Assembly: GCA_027484965.1 (NCBI GenBank) | Contig: JAIXRY010000006.1 | Coordinates: 1,738 to 65,737, forward strand | Reading direction: 5' to 3' | Source: a bacterium | GTDB taxonomy: Bacteria; Patescibacteriota; Minisyncoccia; Phycocordibacterales; UBA9973 | Length of the DNA: 64,000 bases | In this document: piece by piece, positions 1 to 9,035 of the stretch | Layout of the letters: every line of letters starts with the position of its first letter | How positions within the stretch are numbered: the first letter of the stretch is position 1 | Made by a program: the position numbers and the translations under genes | Notes under the pieces: model-generated | What the model saw: only the letters and a program-made list of their open reading frames with translations | Told to the model about the DNA's origin: nothing | Databases searched by the model: none

Positions 1-519
1 TTGTGTGTCCCAGCCTTCCATCCATTTCCTGTTTCAGTATCTTCGTTATCAAGTTCTTTGTAAATTTCTTCTGGTGAGAACCATTTTACTTGCTCAATTT
101 CACTTTTTTGTATTTCAAGCTCACTACTGTCACCGTCAAAAATAGTAATGTAGTCACGAACCCAAAGACGAGACTCTTCCTTTTTACTTGTGCGCCAAGG
201 TAGAAGTTCTTCTTTTTCTACATTTATACCAATCTCTTCTGCAACTTCTTTAATTGCATTATCATCGTATGTTTCTTCTCCAGAAACGTGTCCACCAAAG
301 TGTGTCATCCACCATCCTGGGAAGCGTTCTTTGTTCAGAGAACGCTGGTGACAAAGAATTTCACCTTTTGTGTTCATAACGAAGATATTTGTCGTTCTGC
401 ACCAAAGCTTGTCTCCTATAACTTCTTTTCTTGTGAGTTGTTTTCCTACAAGATCTCCTGTGTGTTCATCTACTATTTGAAGTAGTTCTTCACCTAAATT
501 ATTGTGTGGTGTCATATAT
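1..519 (-). CDS. NUDIX hydrolase (partial; start codon at 519, C-terminus runs off the window edge)
   Basis: Reverse-strand translation from ATG at 519 gives MTPHNNLGEELLQIVDEHTGDLVGKQ...FGGHVSGEETYDDNAIKEVAEEIGI, a canonical Nudix box GX5EX7REUXEEXGU. It is absent from the ORF track because it is truncated at the window edge. The plus-strand ORF 288-485 is antisense noise. Confidence 0.7.
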
Positions 520-791
520 TATTTAAAAATTAATAAAAATCAAAAAACGCTCTGACGAGTGTTTTACTTTAGAACTCATTTTTAAATAGACTCTGAATAT
601 GTTTAAAAATTCGGGGTTTATTTAAAAATGGGTTCTGTCGATAATATAACATTTTTATCTTATTTTTCAAAATAACAGTATATTTAAAAACATATATATT
701 TAAAAGTTTTTGGTATTCTTTTCCACAATAAAATATCTTTCGCTAGTTGAAGTTCCTATTCAATCTGAAGACATTGTTGTATAATAAGTAA

Positions 792-1325
792 ATGGAAACA
801 CATACAAAATTTTCAAAATGGGCACTCATTATAGGAATAGTTATAGTTCTTAATTTGTTTTTTAACTACACACTATCTCTAGTATATGGTGAACCAAAAT
901 ATGAAGATTATATAAAACAATCTCAAGTTATAGAGAATATTAAAACAAAAGAAAATTGTCTTAGTCTTGGAGGACAATGGAGTGAAGGTCAAAAGATGGA
1001 ACCTGTAAAAACTGGAGAAGAAGTTGTAGAAGGATGGTGTGATCAAAATTACACAAATCAAAAAAACTACGATAGTGCAAGAAAAATATACGAAAGAAAT
1101 GTATTTATTACACTTGTAATACTAGGTGTAATATCTCTCGCGATTGGAATTTTTGTTTCTAATATTGTCCTTGCTCCAGCTCTCTCATTTGGTGGAGTAC
1201 TATCATTTATAGTTGCTTCGATGCGTTACTGGAGTCTTGCAGAAAAGGGAATTAGAGTATTTATACTTTTTGTCGCTCTTGCTTCACTAATAGGGCTTGC
1301 GATTAAAAAATTTAATCAAAAATAG
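792..1325 (+). CDS. hypothetical membrane protein (N- and C-terminal TM helices)
   Basis: ORF with hydrophobic segments; no recognisable family. Confidence 0.45.
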   Translation: METHTKFSKWALIIGIVIVLNLFFNYTLSLVYGEPKYEDYIKQSQVIENIKTKENCLSLGGQWSEGQKMEPVKTGEEVVEGWCDQNYTNQKNYDSARKIYERNVFITLVILGVISLAIGIFVSNIVLAPALSFGGVLSFIVASMRYWSLAEKGIRVFILFVALASLIGLAIKKFNQK

Positions 1326-1330
1326 ACTGT

Positions 1331-1699
1331 ATGAAAATTAAATTCACTTCAGTTTTGATTGGCGTAAAAGATATCCTCAAATCAAAAATATTTTATGAAA
1401 ATGTTTTTGGTGTCGTTTTTGATGAAGTGAGACCGCCTTTTTCAAGTTTTATTTTGAATGGAATTGAGTTTCAAATTGAAGAAAATTCTGCGGACAGATC
1501 CTCTAATTGGGATAAAAAATACTTAGGAACTCCAAAAGGTCTTTGTTTTGAAACAGATAAGATAGAAGATTTTTTAAAAAATGTTTCATCTAATAGGGGA
1601 AATGTATCTGAGATAAAAACGTATTCTTGGGGCTATAGGGAAGCAGATTTTTCAGATCTAGATGGCAATTCTTTTATTGTTGAACAAAAAATAATTTAA
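1331..1699 (+). CDS. glyoxalase/VOC-family small protein (putative)
   Basis: 122 aa with beta-alpha-beta-beta-beta-like pattern (FYENVFG...GIEF...DLDGNSFIV) typical of the VOC/glyoxalase fold. It is followed by an intrinsic terminator. Confidence 0.45.
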   Translation: MKIKFTSVLIGVKDILKSKIFYENVFGVVFDEVRPPFSSFILNGIEFQIEENSADRSSNWDKKYLGTPKGLCFETDKIEDFLKNVSSNRGNVSEIKTYSWGYREADFSDLDGNSFIVEQKII

Positions 1700-1703
1700 A
1701 TTA

Positions 1704-1732
1704 AAAACCCTCGAAATTTCGGGGGTTTTTTG
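1704..1732 (+). terminator. rho-independent terminator (CCCTCGAAATTTCGGGGG + T-run)
   Basis: GC hairpin followed by TTTTTTGG immediately after the stop of the 1331-1699 ORF. Confidence 0.7.
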
Positions 1733-1737
1733 GTATT

Positions 1738-4700
1738 ATGGAGTATATGAAAAAAGTGGAAACATATAATCATTTAAAGATAGAGAAAAAGTGGCAAAAG
1801 TTTTGGGACGAAAAGAAAACTTATCAAACTCTCTCTGTAGACAAGGCAAAGGTTAAAGGGCTTAAACCTTATTATGTACTTGATATGTTTCCGTACCCAT
1901 CTGGAGCAGGTCTACACGTAGGCCACCCTCGTGGATATATTGGATCTGATGTCTTTGCTCGCTTCAAAAGAATGCAAGGATTCAACGTGCTTCATCCAAT
2001 GGGATTTGACTCATTTGGTCTTCCCGCTGAACAATACGCCATCAAGACAGGGAAGCACCCAGGTCCATTTACTGATTCTCTTGTAAAAAAATATAAAAAG
2101 CAGTTAGAGATAATTGGTTTCTCTTATGACTGGTCACGCGAAGTGGAGACACATTCTCCAGAGTATTACAAATGGACTCAATGGATATTCTTACAACTTT
2201 ATAATAGTTATTATGATACAAAGAAAAACAAAGCAGAGAGTATTGAGACTTTGATAAAATATTTTAATAAAAATGGAAACAAAGATTGTAATGCTTTCAC
2301 AAATGATAGTGCAATTTTCTCAGCGCTTGAGTGGAAGAATTTTACTGAAAAAGAAAAGCAGTATGTGCTCATGAGTTATAGACTTGCGTATGAAGGATAT
2401 GCAGAAGTAAACTGGTGTCCGGAAATGGGAACAGTTCTTGCAAACGATGAAATCATTGAAGACAAAAATGGAAATATGGTTTCTGAGCGCGGAGAATATC
2501 CCGTAGAAAAGAAAATGATGCGTCAATGGTTCATGCGAATTACAGCATATGCAGATAGACTTATCTCAGGTCTTGATGAGATTGATTGGTCTTCTTCTAT
2601 AAAACAAACTCAAAAGAATTGGATAGGGAAATCAGAAGGTTCAGAAATAACTTTCTATATTGAAGATAAAGAATTTGGAAATTTTATTAGTAATGTAGAT
2701 ATATTTACAACACGTGCAGACACCCTCTTTGGTGTTACATATATAGCACTCGCAATTGATCATCCAATTGTTGAAAGACTACTAAAAGAACAAATTACTA
2801 ATTGGGATCAAGTATATACATATATACAAGAAGTAAAAAAACAAGAAAAAAATGATCTAAAAGAAATCACAGGCATAAAACTTGAAGGTATTGTAGCGAA
2901 GCAATCATTTTTAGATATTGAAATTCCTATATATTTAACTAATTATGTTCTTTCAAATTATGGTACAGGTGCAGTTATGGGTGTTCCTGCACACGATGAA
3001 CGTGATTTTAAATTTGCAGAAAAATATGATTTACCTATACAAGAGGTAATCATTCCTTCGGTTATAGACCTCTCAAACCCTCCACAAAAAGGAAAAGAAA
3101 CAAAAACAAGAAATACAGTTCATGTTATTGTTTATAATAAAAAAACAGATTCATTTTTAACTTTACGTTGGAAAAAATTTGATTGGCATACAATTGTACT
3201 TGGAGGTATAGATGATGGAGAGGATGTTATTAATGCTGCTCTTCGAGAAGTCAAAGAAGAAACAGGGTATTCAAATCTTTTATTTAAAAGAATTCTTGGT
3301 GGAAAGATTGAGGCAAAATATTTTGCAGCTCATAAGAATGAGAACAGAACAGCTATAACAACTGGAGTTTATTTTGAGTTGATTGACGAAACAAAAGTTG
3401 ATATTTCTCAAGAAGAGAAAGATAATTTTGATATTGAATGGGTTAAATCTTCAGATTTTTTTACAAAGAAAATGACTAATTCAGAGCTACCTTTCTGGAT
3501 TGAAAGACTACAAAAAGGAAAAAATGAAGCTTTTTGTGATTATGGAACATTAATTAATTCAGGTGACTTTGATGGTATGGATTCAGAATATGCTCGTACA
3601 AAAATTACCGAAAAGGTTAAAGGAAAAATTGTTACCAAGTACAAAATGCGTGATGCAATATTTGCACGCCAAAGGTATTGGGGTGAGCCAATACCGCTTA
3701 TTCACACAAAAGACGGTCTCATTGAAACTGTAAAAGAAAAAGACCTTCCACTTGAACTTCCAAAAGTAAAATCTTATCAACCTAGCGGTAATGGAGAGTC
3801 ACCACTTTCAAGTGTGTCTTCTTGGGTTAAATCTGGTTATGAGACTAATACAATGCCTGGTTGGGCTGGGTCTTCTTGGTACTTCTTGCGCTATATGGAT
3901 CCAAAAAATAAGAAAGAGTTTGCAAGTAAAGAAGCTCTTTCATATTGGAAACAAGTCGATATGTATATAGGTGGAACAGAACATGCAACAGGTCACTTGC
4001 TCTACTCACGTTTTTGGCACAAATTCTTAAAAGATATTGGATATGCAAAAACAGAAGAACCATTCAAAGCTCTTAAAAATCAAGGTCTTATTCTTGCTAC
4101 GGATGGAAGAAAGATGAGTAAGCGCTGGGGTAATGTTATTAATCCAGATGAAATAGTGAAGACTTATGGAGCAGATACTCTTCGTGTGTACGAAATGTTT
4201 ATGGGCCCATTTGAAGCATCTCAACCTTGGAATACAGAAAGTATTATTGGGTCACGTCGCTTTGTTGAGCGTGTATTTAGACTATCGGTTAGTGTGTTAG
4301 AAAATAATATAAAAGTTTCAAATAAAGAAAGTTTGAGAGCTCTCCATTCTATTATTGAAAAAGTTACGAGTGATATACAAAATTTTTCTTTCAATACTTC
4401 TATTTCAGGAATGATGATTGCTCTTAATACTTTTGAAAAAGAAAATCAATTATCAAAAAATGATTTCCTAAAATTCCTCTCACTTCTCGCACCTTTTGCT
4501 CCACATATAGCAGAAGAGTTATGGAATAAATTTGGACAAAAGGGAAGTATTCACACTTCAGTATTTCCAAAAGCTGACAAAAAATATTTAGCACAAGAAG
4601 AAGTTATTATTCCTATCTCAGTAAATGGAAAAGTTCGTGCGGAAATAATAGTTTCTCCAAAAATTTCACAAGAAGATATAGAAAATATTGCAATAAATAA

Positions 4701-4785
4701 CGAAAAAGTGAAGGTGTGGATAGAGGGAAAGGAAATTAAAAAATTTATTTACGTACCTGGCAAGATTGTGAATATAGTCATTTAA
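1738..4785 (+). CDS. leuS: leucyl-tRNA synthetase with an inserted Nudix hydrolase domain inside the CP1 editing domain
   Basis: HIGH motif (PYPSGAGLHVGHPRGY), KMSKS (KMSKRWGN), CP1 landmarks TTRADT and GTGAVMGVPAHDERD, and the anticodon-binding C-terminus. About 145 extra residues (aa ~455-598) contain a perfect Nudix box GGIDDGEDVINAALREVKEETGY. Confidence 0.9.
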   Translation: MEYMKKVETYNHLKIEKKWQKFWDEKKTYQTLSVDKAKVKGLKPYYVLDMFPYPSGAGLHVGHPRGYIGSDVFARFKRMQGFNVLHPMGFDSFGLPAEQYAIKTGKHPGPFTDSLVKKYKKQLEIIGFSYDWSREVETHSPEYYKWTQWIFLQLYNSYYDTKKNKAESIETLIKYFNKNGNKDCNAFTNDSAIFSALEWKNFTEKEKQYVLMSYRLAYEGYAEVNWCPEMGTVLANDEIIEDKNGNMVSERGEYPVEKKMMRQWFMRITAYADRLISGLDEIDWSSSIKQTQKNWIGKSEGSEITFYIEDKEFGNFISNVDIFTTRADTLFGVTYIALAIDHPIVERLLKEQITNWDQVYTYIQEVKKQEKNDLKEITGIKLEGIVAKQSFLDIEIPIYLTNYVLSNYGTGAVMGVPAHDERDFKFAEKYDLPIQEVIIPSVIDLSNPPQKGKETKTRNTVHVIVYNKKTDSFLTLRWKKFDWHTIVLGGIDDGEDVINAALREVKEETGYSNLLFKRILGGKIEAKYFAAHKNENRTAITTGVYFELIDETKVDISQEEKDNFDIEWVKSSDFFTKKMTNSELPFWIERLQKGKNEAFCDYGTLINSGDFDGMDSEYARTKITEKVKGKIVTKYKMRDAIFARQRYWGEPIPLIHTKDGLIETVKEKDLPLELPKVKSYQPSGNGESPLSSVSSWVKSGYETNTMPGWAGSSWYFLRYMDPKNKKEFASKEALSYWKQVDMYIGGTEHATGHLLYSRFWHKFLKDIGYAKTEEPFKALKNQGLILATDGRKMSKRWGNVINPDEIVKTYGADTLRVYEMFMGPFEASQPWNTESIIGSRRFVERVFRLSVSVLENNIKVSNKESLRALHSIIEKVTSDIQNFSFNTSISGMMIALNTFEKENQLSKNDFLKFLSLLAPFAPHIAEELWNKFGQKGSIHTSVFPKADKKYLAQEEVIIPISVNGKVRAEIIVSPKISQEDIENIAINNEKVKVWIEGKEIKKFIYVPGKIVNIVI

Positions 4786-4861
4786 TCCACTCGGAAAATT
4801 GTGCTGATTGAGGTATAATGTCTTAGTTACAAGAAGTTAATTATTATCATTTATACTTTAT

Positions 4862-7234
4862 ATGGATCCAGTACAACAACCCTCTAAAAAGGTAAGTTTG
4901 CTCAATAAACTTTCATTTTTTAGTTTTATATCAACTATTGTTCTTTTGCCTATATTCTTTATTCCAGGAACAACAATCTCTTTGGATATTGCAAAAGGTT
5001 TTATCCTTGTATTAGGAGTATCTCTTTCATTTTTGTTTTGGCTTATTGCAAGACTGGTTGATGGAGTTTTTACTATTCCAAAAACACCACTCATAACATC
5101 ACTCCTTGCTCTTGTTGGTGTGTTCTTTATATCAGGTCTTTTTTCCAAGTCGCCATATAAATCAATATTTGGACAAGGTTTTGAGCTGGGTACAGCTGTA
5201 TCAATGCTTGTAATGTTCCTTATCTTTTTCTTGTCTGCCACTCATTTTCAAATAGAGTCAAGAATCAAGAAGCTTTTTGGTGGATTGTTTGTAACTTTCT
5301 CTCTCGCAATTATTTGTACTGCAATCATGGCTTTCTTCGGTAACAAAGCCATGATTGCAAATTTCTTCGCACCTGTTGCGGGTGGAAGTATGATTGGTGG
5401 TTGGAATGATTTTGCTATTCTTGCAGGACTTGTGGCAATACTTTCTCTACTAGGTCTTCAGTTTATTGAAACAAAGAAAATAGCTAAAATTGGACTATCA
5501 CTTGGGTTGGTGTTGTCTATTTTAGTGTTAGGTATAATTAACTTCACTTCAGTATGGTATGTTCTTGGAACTATAGCTCTTATTGTGTTTGTATACTCTC
5601 TCTCTATTTCAACTCCTTCTGACAATGCTTCAAATCCTAACGAAAAACAACTTCCTCTTGCTCCATTTTTTGTTGTTCTTGCATGTCTATTTTTCCTTCT
5701 AGGAAATAGTTTGGTAAGTGATTTTGTTTCAAATAAATTAGGATTTTCTAATTCAGAAGTTCGCCCATCTCTGTCTACTACATTTACTGTTGGAGGAAAA
5801 TCTCTAATCAAAAATCCTCTAAGGTTTGTTGTTGGTGCTGGACCTAATAGATTTTCACAAATGTGGGCAGAATATCGTCCTGCAGATTTAAATCAAACAA
5901 TGTTCTGGGATACACGTTTTAATTCAGGATTTGGACTAGTTCCATCTCTAATGCTTACTACAGGTTTGATTGGTATTGTTGCATTTATATGGTTCTTGAT
6001 GGTTTTCTTATTTACAGGATTTAGAACGATTATTAGAAGTCTCCGAGATAGAGATGGAGGCTTTATGTTGATTGGTACTTTCTGTAGTGCGCTATATCTA
6101 TGGATATTTGCAATCATTTATGTACCAAGTCTTTCTTTGTTTGGAATGGCTTTCGTAATGACAGGACTTTTTGTTTCAATATTAGTAAAAAGAAAACTTC
6201 TTCCACTCCATGATTTCTCATACCTGAACGATCCAAGAAACAGTTTCTTTGCTATTCTTGCAATTATTGTTTCTGTAATGATTACGGTTTCAGCTGTTTA
6301 TCTGATTATTGGAAGATATGCAAGTATTTCTTCATTTAGTAATACAAACAAATCAAAAGATTTAAACGACGCAGAATACAAAATAATTAGAGCTATTCGT
6401 CTGTCTAATAATAATGATGTTTATTATAGAACTCTTTCTGATTTGTATCTTACAAAATTAAATAATCTTCTCAGTGAAAATAAAGACAATCTTAAGTCTG
6501 TAGAAAGTGATATTCAAAGTACTTATTCAAACTCTGAAGCTGCAGCAAGACAAAGTACTGTTATTGACGCAAGTGATCTTTTAAACTGGCTTCAACTAGG
6601 AAAAGTTTATGAGACAGGCGTTGCTTTGCAAAACAAAGAATCATACGAACTTGCTAAAAGTGCATACGAGCAAGCAAAATTGTTGAGTAAAAACAATCCA
6701 AGTCTTACTCTCTCTCTTGCTCAATTAGAAAAGACAAACAAAAATAATGAAGGAGCAATATCTTTTGCAAAAGAAGCTCTTTCTCTAAAAGGTGACTATG
6801 TAAATGCATATTATTTCTTGGCAGGTATTGCTTTTGAAGCAAATAATAAAGAAGATGGTTTTTATTACTTGAATCAAGCAATAAAAACAAATCCAAACGA
6901 TCCTAATGTTTACTTTACTGTAGGAGCAACAAAGTACAATCAACAAAGTTATGATACTGCTGTGCAAGATTTGGAAAGAGCTGTAAGACTTGCTCCTTCA
7001 TCACTTGATGCACGCTATATATTAGCTCTTGCGTACAACAAAGCAGGCCAAAAGAGTGATGCAATTTCACAATTAGAATTTATTCTAAAAATCGCTCCAG
7101 ATAGTGAGACTGTAAAAAAAGCATTAAATGATATAAAAGGTGGAGTTACTACACCAGCAGAAACAGTAGATACAGCATCTACAGACACTTCAGCAAATTT
7201 GACTGACGATAAAAAGACCACAAAGAAAAAATAA
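4862..7234 (+). CDS. polytopic membrane protein with C-terminal TPR repeats (O-antigen-ligase-like topology; function unknown)
   Basis: About 10 predicted TM helices in the N-terminal 450 aa. The C-terminal 300 aa carry repeated TPR-like 34-aa units (AYYFLAGIAFEANNKEDGFYYLNQAIKTNP...). Confidence 0.5.
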   Translation: MDPVQQPSKKVSLLNKLSFFSFISTIVLLPIFFIPGTTISLDIAKGFILVLGVSLSFLFWLIARLVDGVFTIPKTPLITSLLALVGVFFISGLFSKSPYKSIFGQGFELGTAVSMLVMFLIFFLSATHFQIESRIKKLFGGLFVTFSLAIICTAIMAFFGNKAMIANFFAPVAGGSMIGGWNDFAILAGLVAILSLLGLQFIETKKIAKIGLSLGLVLSILVLGIINFTSVWYVLGTIALIVFVYSLSISTPSDNASNPNEKQLPLAPFFVVLACLFFLLGNSLVSDFVSNKLGFSNSEVRPSLSTTFTVGGKSLIKNPLRFVVGAGPNRFSQMWAEYRPADLNQTMFWDTRFNSGFGLVPSLMLTTGLIGIVAFIWFLMVFLFTGFRTIIRSLRDRDGGFMLIGTFCSALYLWIFAIIYVPSLSLFGMAFVMTGLFVSILVKRKLLPLHDFSYLNDPRNSFFAILAIIVSVMITVSAVYLIIGRYASISSFSNTNKSKDLNDAEYKIIRAIRLSNNNDVYYRTLSDLYLTKLNNLLSENKDNLKSVESDIQSTYSNSEAAARQSTVIDASDLLNWLQLGKVYETGVALQNKESYELAKSAYEQAKLLSKNNPSLTLSLAQLEKTNKNNEGAISFAKEALSLKGDYVNAYYFLAGIAFEANNKEDGFYYLNQAIKTNPNDPNVYFTVGATKYNQQSYDTAVQDLERAVRLAPSSLDARYILALAYNKAGQKSDAISQLEFILKIAPDSETVKKALNDIKGGVTTPAETVDTASTDTSANLTDDKKTTKKK

Positions 7235-7237
7235 TCT

Positions 7238-8935
7238 ATGGTTAAGCGTGTTATCGAGGTTTTAAGTCGCGAATTTTCTAATGTGCATCAAGCGGCGCTC
7301 CTTTTGGGAGTAGCTGCTTTTTTGTCTCAAATGCTGGGACTTGTTCGAGATAGGTTGCTTGCCAACATAATTGGACCTTCTACAAATCTTGATATTTATT
7401 ATAGTGCGTTTCGTATTCCTGATTTTCTTTTTGTTTCTGTTGCTTCATTGGTATCTATCACTGTTCTTATACCTTTTATTGTTGATGCTCTAAATAATGA
7501 TAGTGAATCAAAAGAAAAAGCTAGACTTTTGTTCTCAAATATATTTACAGTTTTTCTTCTTCTCATAACTTTTGTTTCATTTATTGTTTGGATATTTTTA
7601 CCCAAAATAATCCCTTTTGTTACTCCAGGATTTTTTGGAGAAGAGCTCCGTCAAGTCATAATAGTGAGTCGAATAATGTTATTACAGCCAATACTTCTTG
7701 GGCTTTCCAATTTATTTGGTTCTATCACTCAGCTTTATAAAAGATTCTTTGTTTGGGCTATTGCTCCACTCTTTTATAATCTAGGTGTTATATTTGGAAT
7801 TATTTTCTTTTACAAAAGCTTTGGAGTTGTAGGGCTTGCTTTTGGAGTTGTCATTGGAGCATTTATGCACTTACTCATACAGCTCCCAGTCTTATTTAAG
7901 TATAATTTCGTTCCTAAAATATCAAGTCCAAAAGTTTGGAAAGAAACAGGAAAGGTTTTTCTTCTTTCAATCCCAAGAACTATAGGGCTTTCTTGTAATA
8001 GCATCGCAGAGATTGCTATTATTTCTCTCGCTACAACATTTACTGTTGGTTCTGTGTCTGTGTATCAGCTTTCGTTTAATATGGAATCATTTCCAATAAC
8101 CATTATAGGTCTTTCTTATTCTGTTGCTGTGTTTCCACTTCTTGCATCCCTTTGGAAAAAAGGAGACCATCAAAAATATTTAGAGTATGTTTCTAATGTT
8201 GCACGGCAGATTATATTTTGGTCATTGCCAATAATTTCTCTTTTTGTTGTTCTTCGTGCTCATATTGTTCGTGTTGTTCTTGGTTCAGGGAATTTTTCTT
8301 GGACACATACACGACTTGTGGCAGCTTCTCTAGCGCTGTTTACTCTTGCTGTGATTGGACAGGGGATGATACATCTTTTTGTGAGAGCGTATTATGCAAA
8401 AGGTGATACTTACAAACCTTTGTTTGTTAATATTCTTTCAGCTAGTTTTATTATATTATCTGCACACCTCCTTTCTTCTTTATTTGCTAGTAATCATACC
8501 TTTAGATATTTTATAGAATCATTACTTCGTGTTGTAGATGTGCCTGGGACAGAAGTGTTAATGCTTCCACTTGCGTATAGTATAGGTTCACTCATAAATG
8601 CTTTCGTTCTTATAATTCTATTTTCTAGAGATATGAAAATGTATGGTTTTAATATAAAACCAATAGCAAGAACTTTCTTATATAGTTTTGGAGCATCCTG
8701 CTTTATTGGGCTCGGCGCATATATGACGCTTAATATTTTTGTACCTCTTTATGATCAATCAACATTTATTGGAATTCTTCTTCAGGGGATAGTGGCGGGA
8801 CTCGTTGGGACTTCTGTCGGATTAATTATCCTCAAATTATTGAAGTCACAAGAACTCGATAGTGCATATGTATCTATTCGTAAGAAATTCTGGAAGACCG
8901 AGGTCGTCTCAGATGCTCAAAATCCTGGATTATAA
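7238..8935 (+). CDS. murJ: lipid II flippase MurJ/MviN
   Basis: N-terminal signature LLGVAAFLSQMLGLVRDRLLANIIG...YYSAFRIPDFLF and about 14 TM segments, 565 aa. Confidence 0.8.
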   Translation: MVKRVIEVLSREFSNVHQAALLLGVAAFLSQMLGLVRDRLLANIIGPSTNLDIYYSAFRIPDFLFVSVASLVSITVLIPFIVDALNNDSESKEKARLLFSNIFTVFLLLITFVSFIVWIFLPKIIPFVTPGFFGEELRQVIIVSRIMLLQPILLGLSNLFGSITQLYKRFFVWAIAPLFYNLGVIFGIIFFYKSFGVVGLAFGVVIGAFMHLLIQLPVLFKYNFVPKISSPKVWKETGKVFLLSIPRTIGLSCNSIAEIAIISLATTFTVGSVSVYQLSFNMESFPITIIGLSYSVAVFPLLASLWKKGDHQKYLEYVSNVARQIIFWSLPIISLFVVLRAHIVRVVLGSGNFSWTHTRLVAASLALFTLAVIGQGMIHLFVRAYYAKGDTYKPLFVNILSASFIILSAHLLSSLFASNHTFRYFIESLLRVVDVPGTEVLMLPLAYSIGSLINAFVLIILFSRDMKMYGFNIKPIARTFLYSFGASCFIGLGAYMTLNIFVPLYDQSTFIGILLQGIVAGLVGTSVGLIILKLLKSQELDSAYVSIRKKFWKTEVVSDAQNPGL

Positions 8936-8950
8936 TACAAAATCAAACAA

Positions 8951-8983
8951 GAGCGGAACCCTTCGGGTTCCGCTCTTGTATTT
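8951..8983 (+). terminator. intrinsic terminator GAGCGGAACCCTTCGGGTTCCGCTC + T-run
   Basis: Perfect 11-bp stem with a CTTCGG tetraloop-like loop, followed by TTGTATTT. A near-identical hairpin with compensatory changes lies at 27995-28019. Confidence 0.8.
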
Positions 8984-9035
8984 CTCTAACACTTTTCCCC
9001 ACAAAAACCTATAAAATCTATACTATAATAAACAC

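Noticed and set aside
752-764. GAAGTTCCTATTC, identical to one arm of the yeast FRT recombination site
   Set aside because: It is a single 13-mer with no inverted partner or spacer within 100 bp. In an AT-rich intergenic region it is most likely coincidence.
3100-3532. Possibility that the LeuS insert is an intein
   Set aside because: There is no N-terminal Cys/Ser and no C-terminal His-Asn followed by Cys/Ser/Thr, and no homing-endonuclease motifs. The segment instead has a complete Nudix box.
2320-4224. Several 60-75-aa minus-strand ORFs inside leuS (2320-2526, 3583-3780, 3845-4063, 4027-4224), with similar ones inside uvrA, gap, the tail-fibre gene and others
   Set aside because: They are antisense to strongly supported housekeeping genes, have low-complexity F/L/I-rich translations typical of AT-rich antisense frames, and have no independent signals.
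8951-8975. GGAACCCTTCGGGTTCC considered as a LexA-like GAAC...GTTC site
   Set aside because: The spacing is N7, not N4. It sits right after a stop codon with a T-run, so it is a terminator hairpin.
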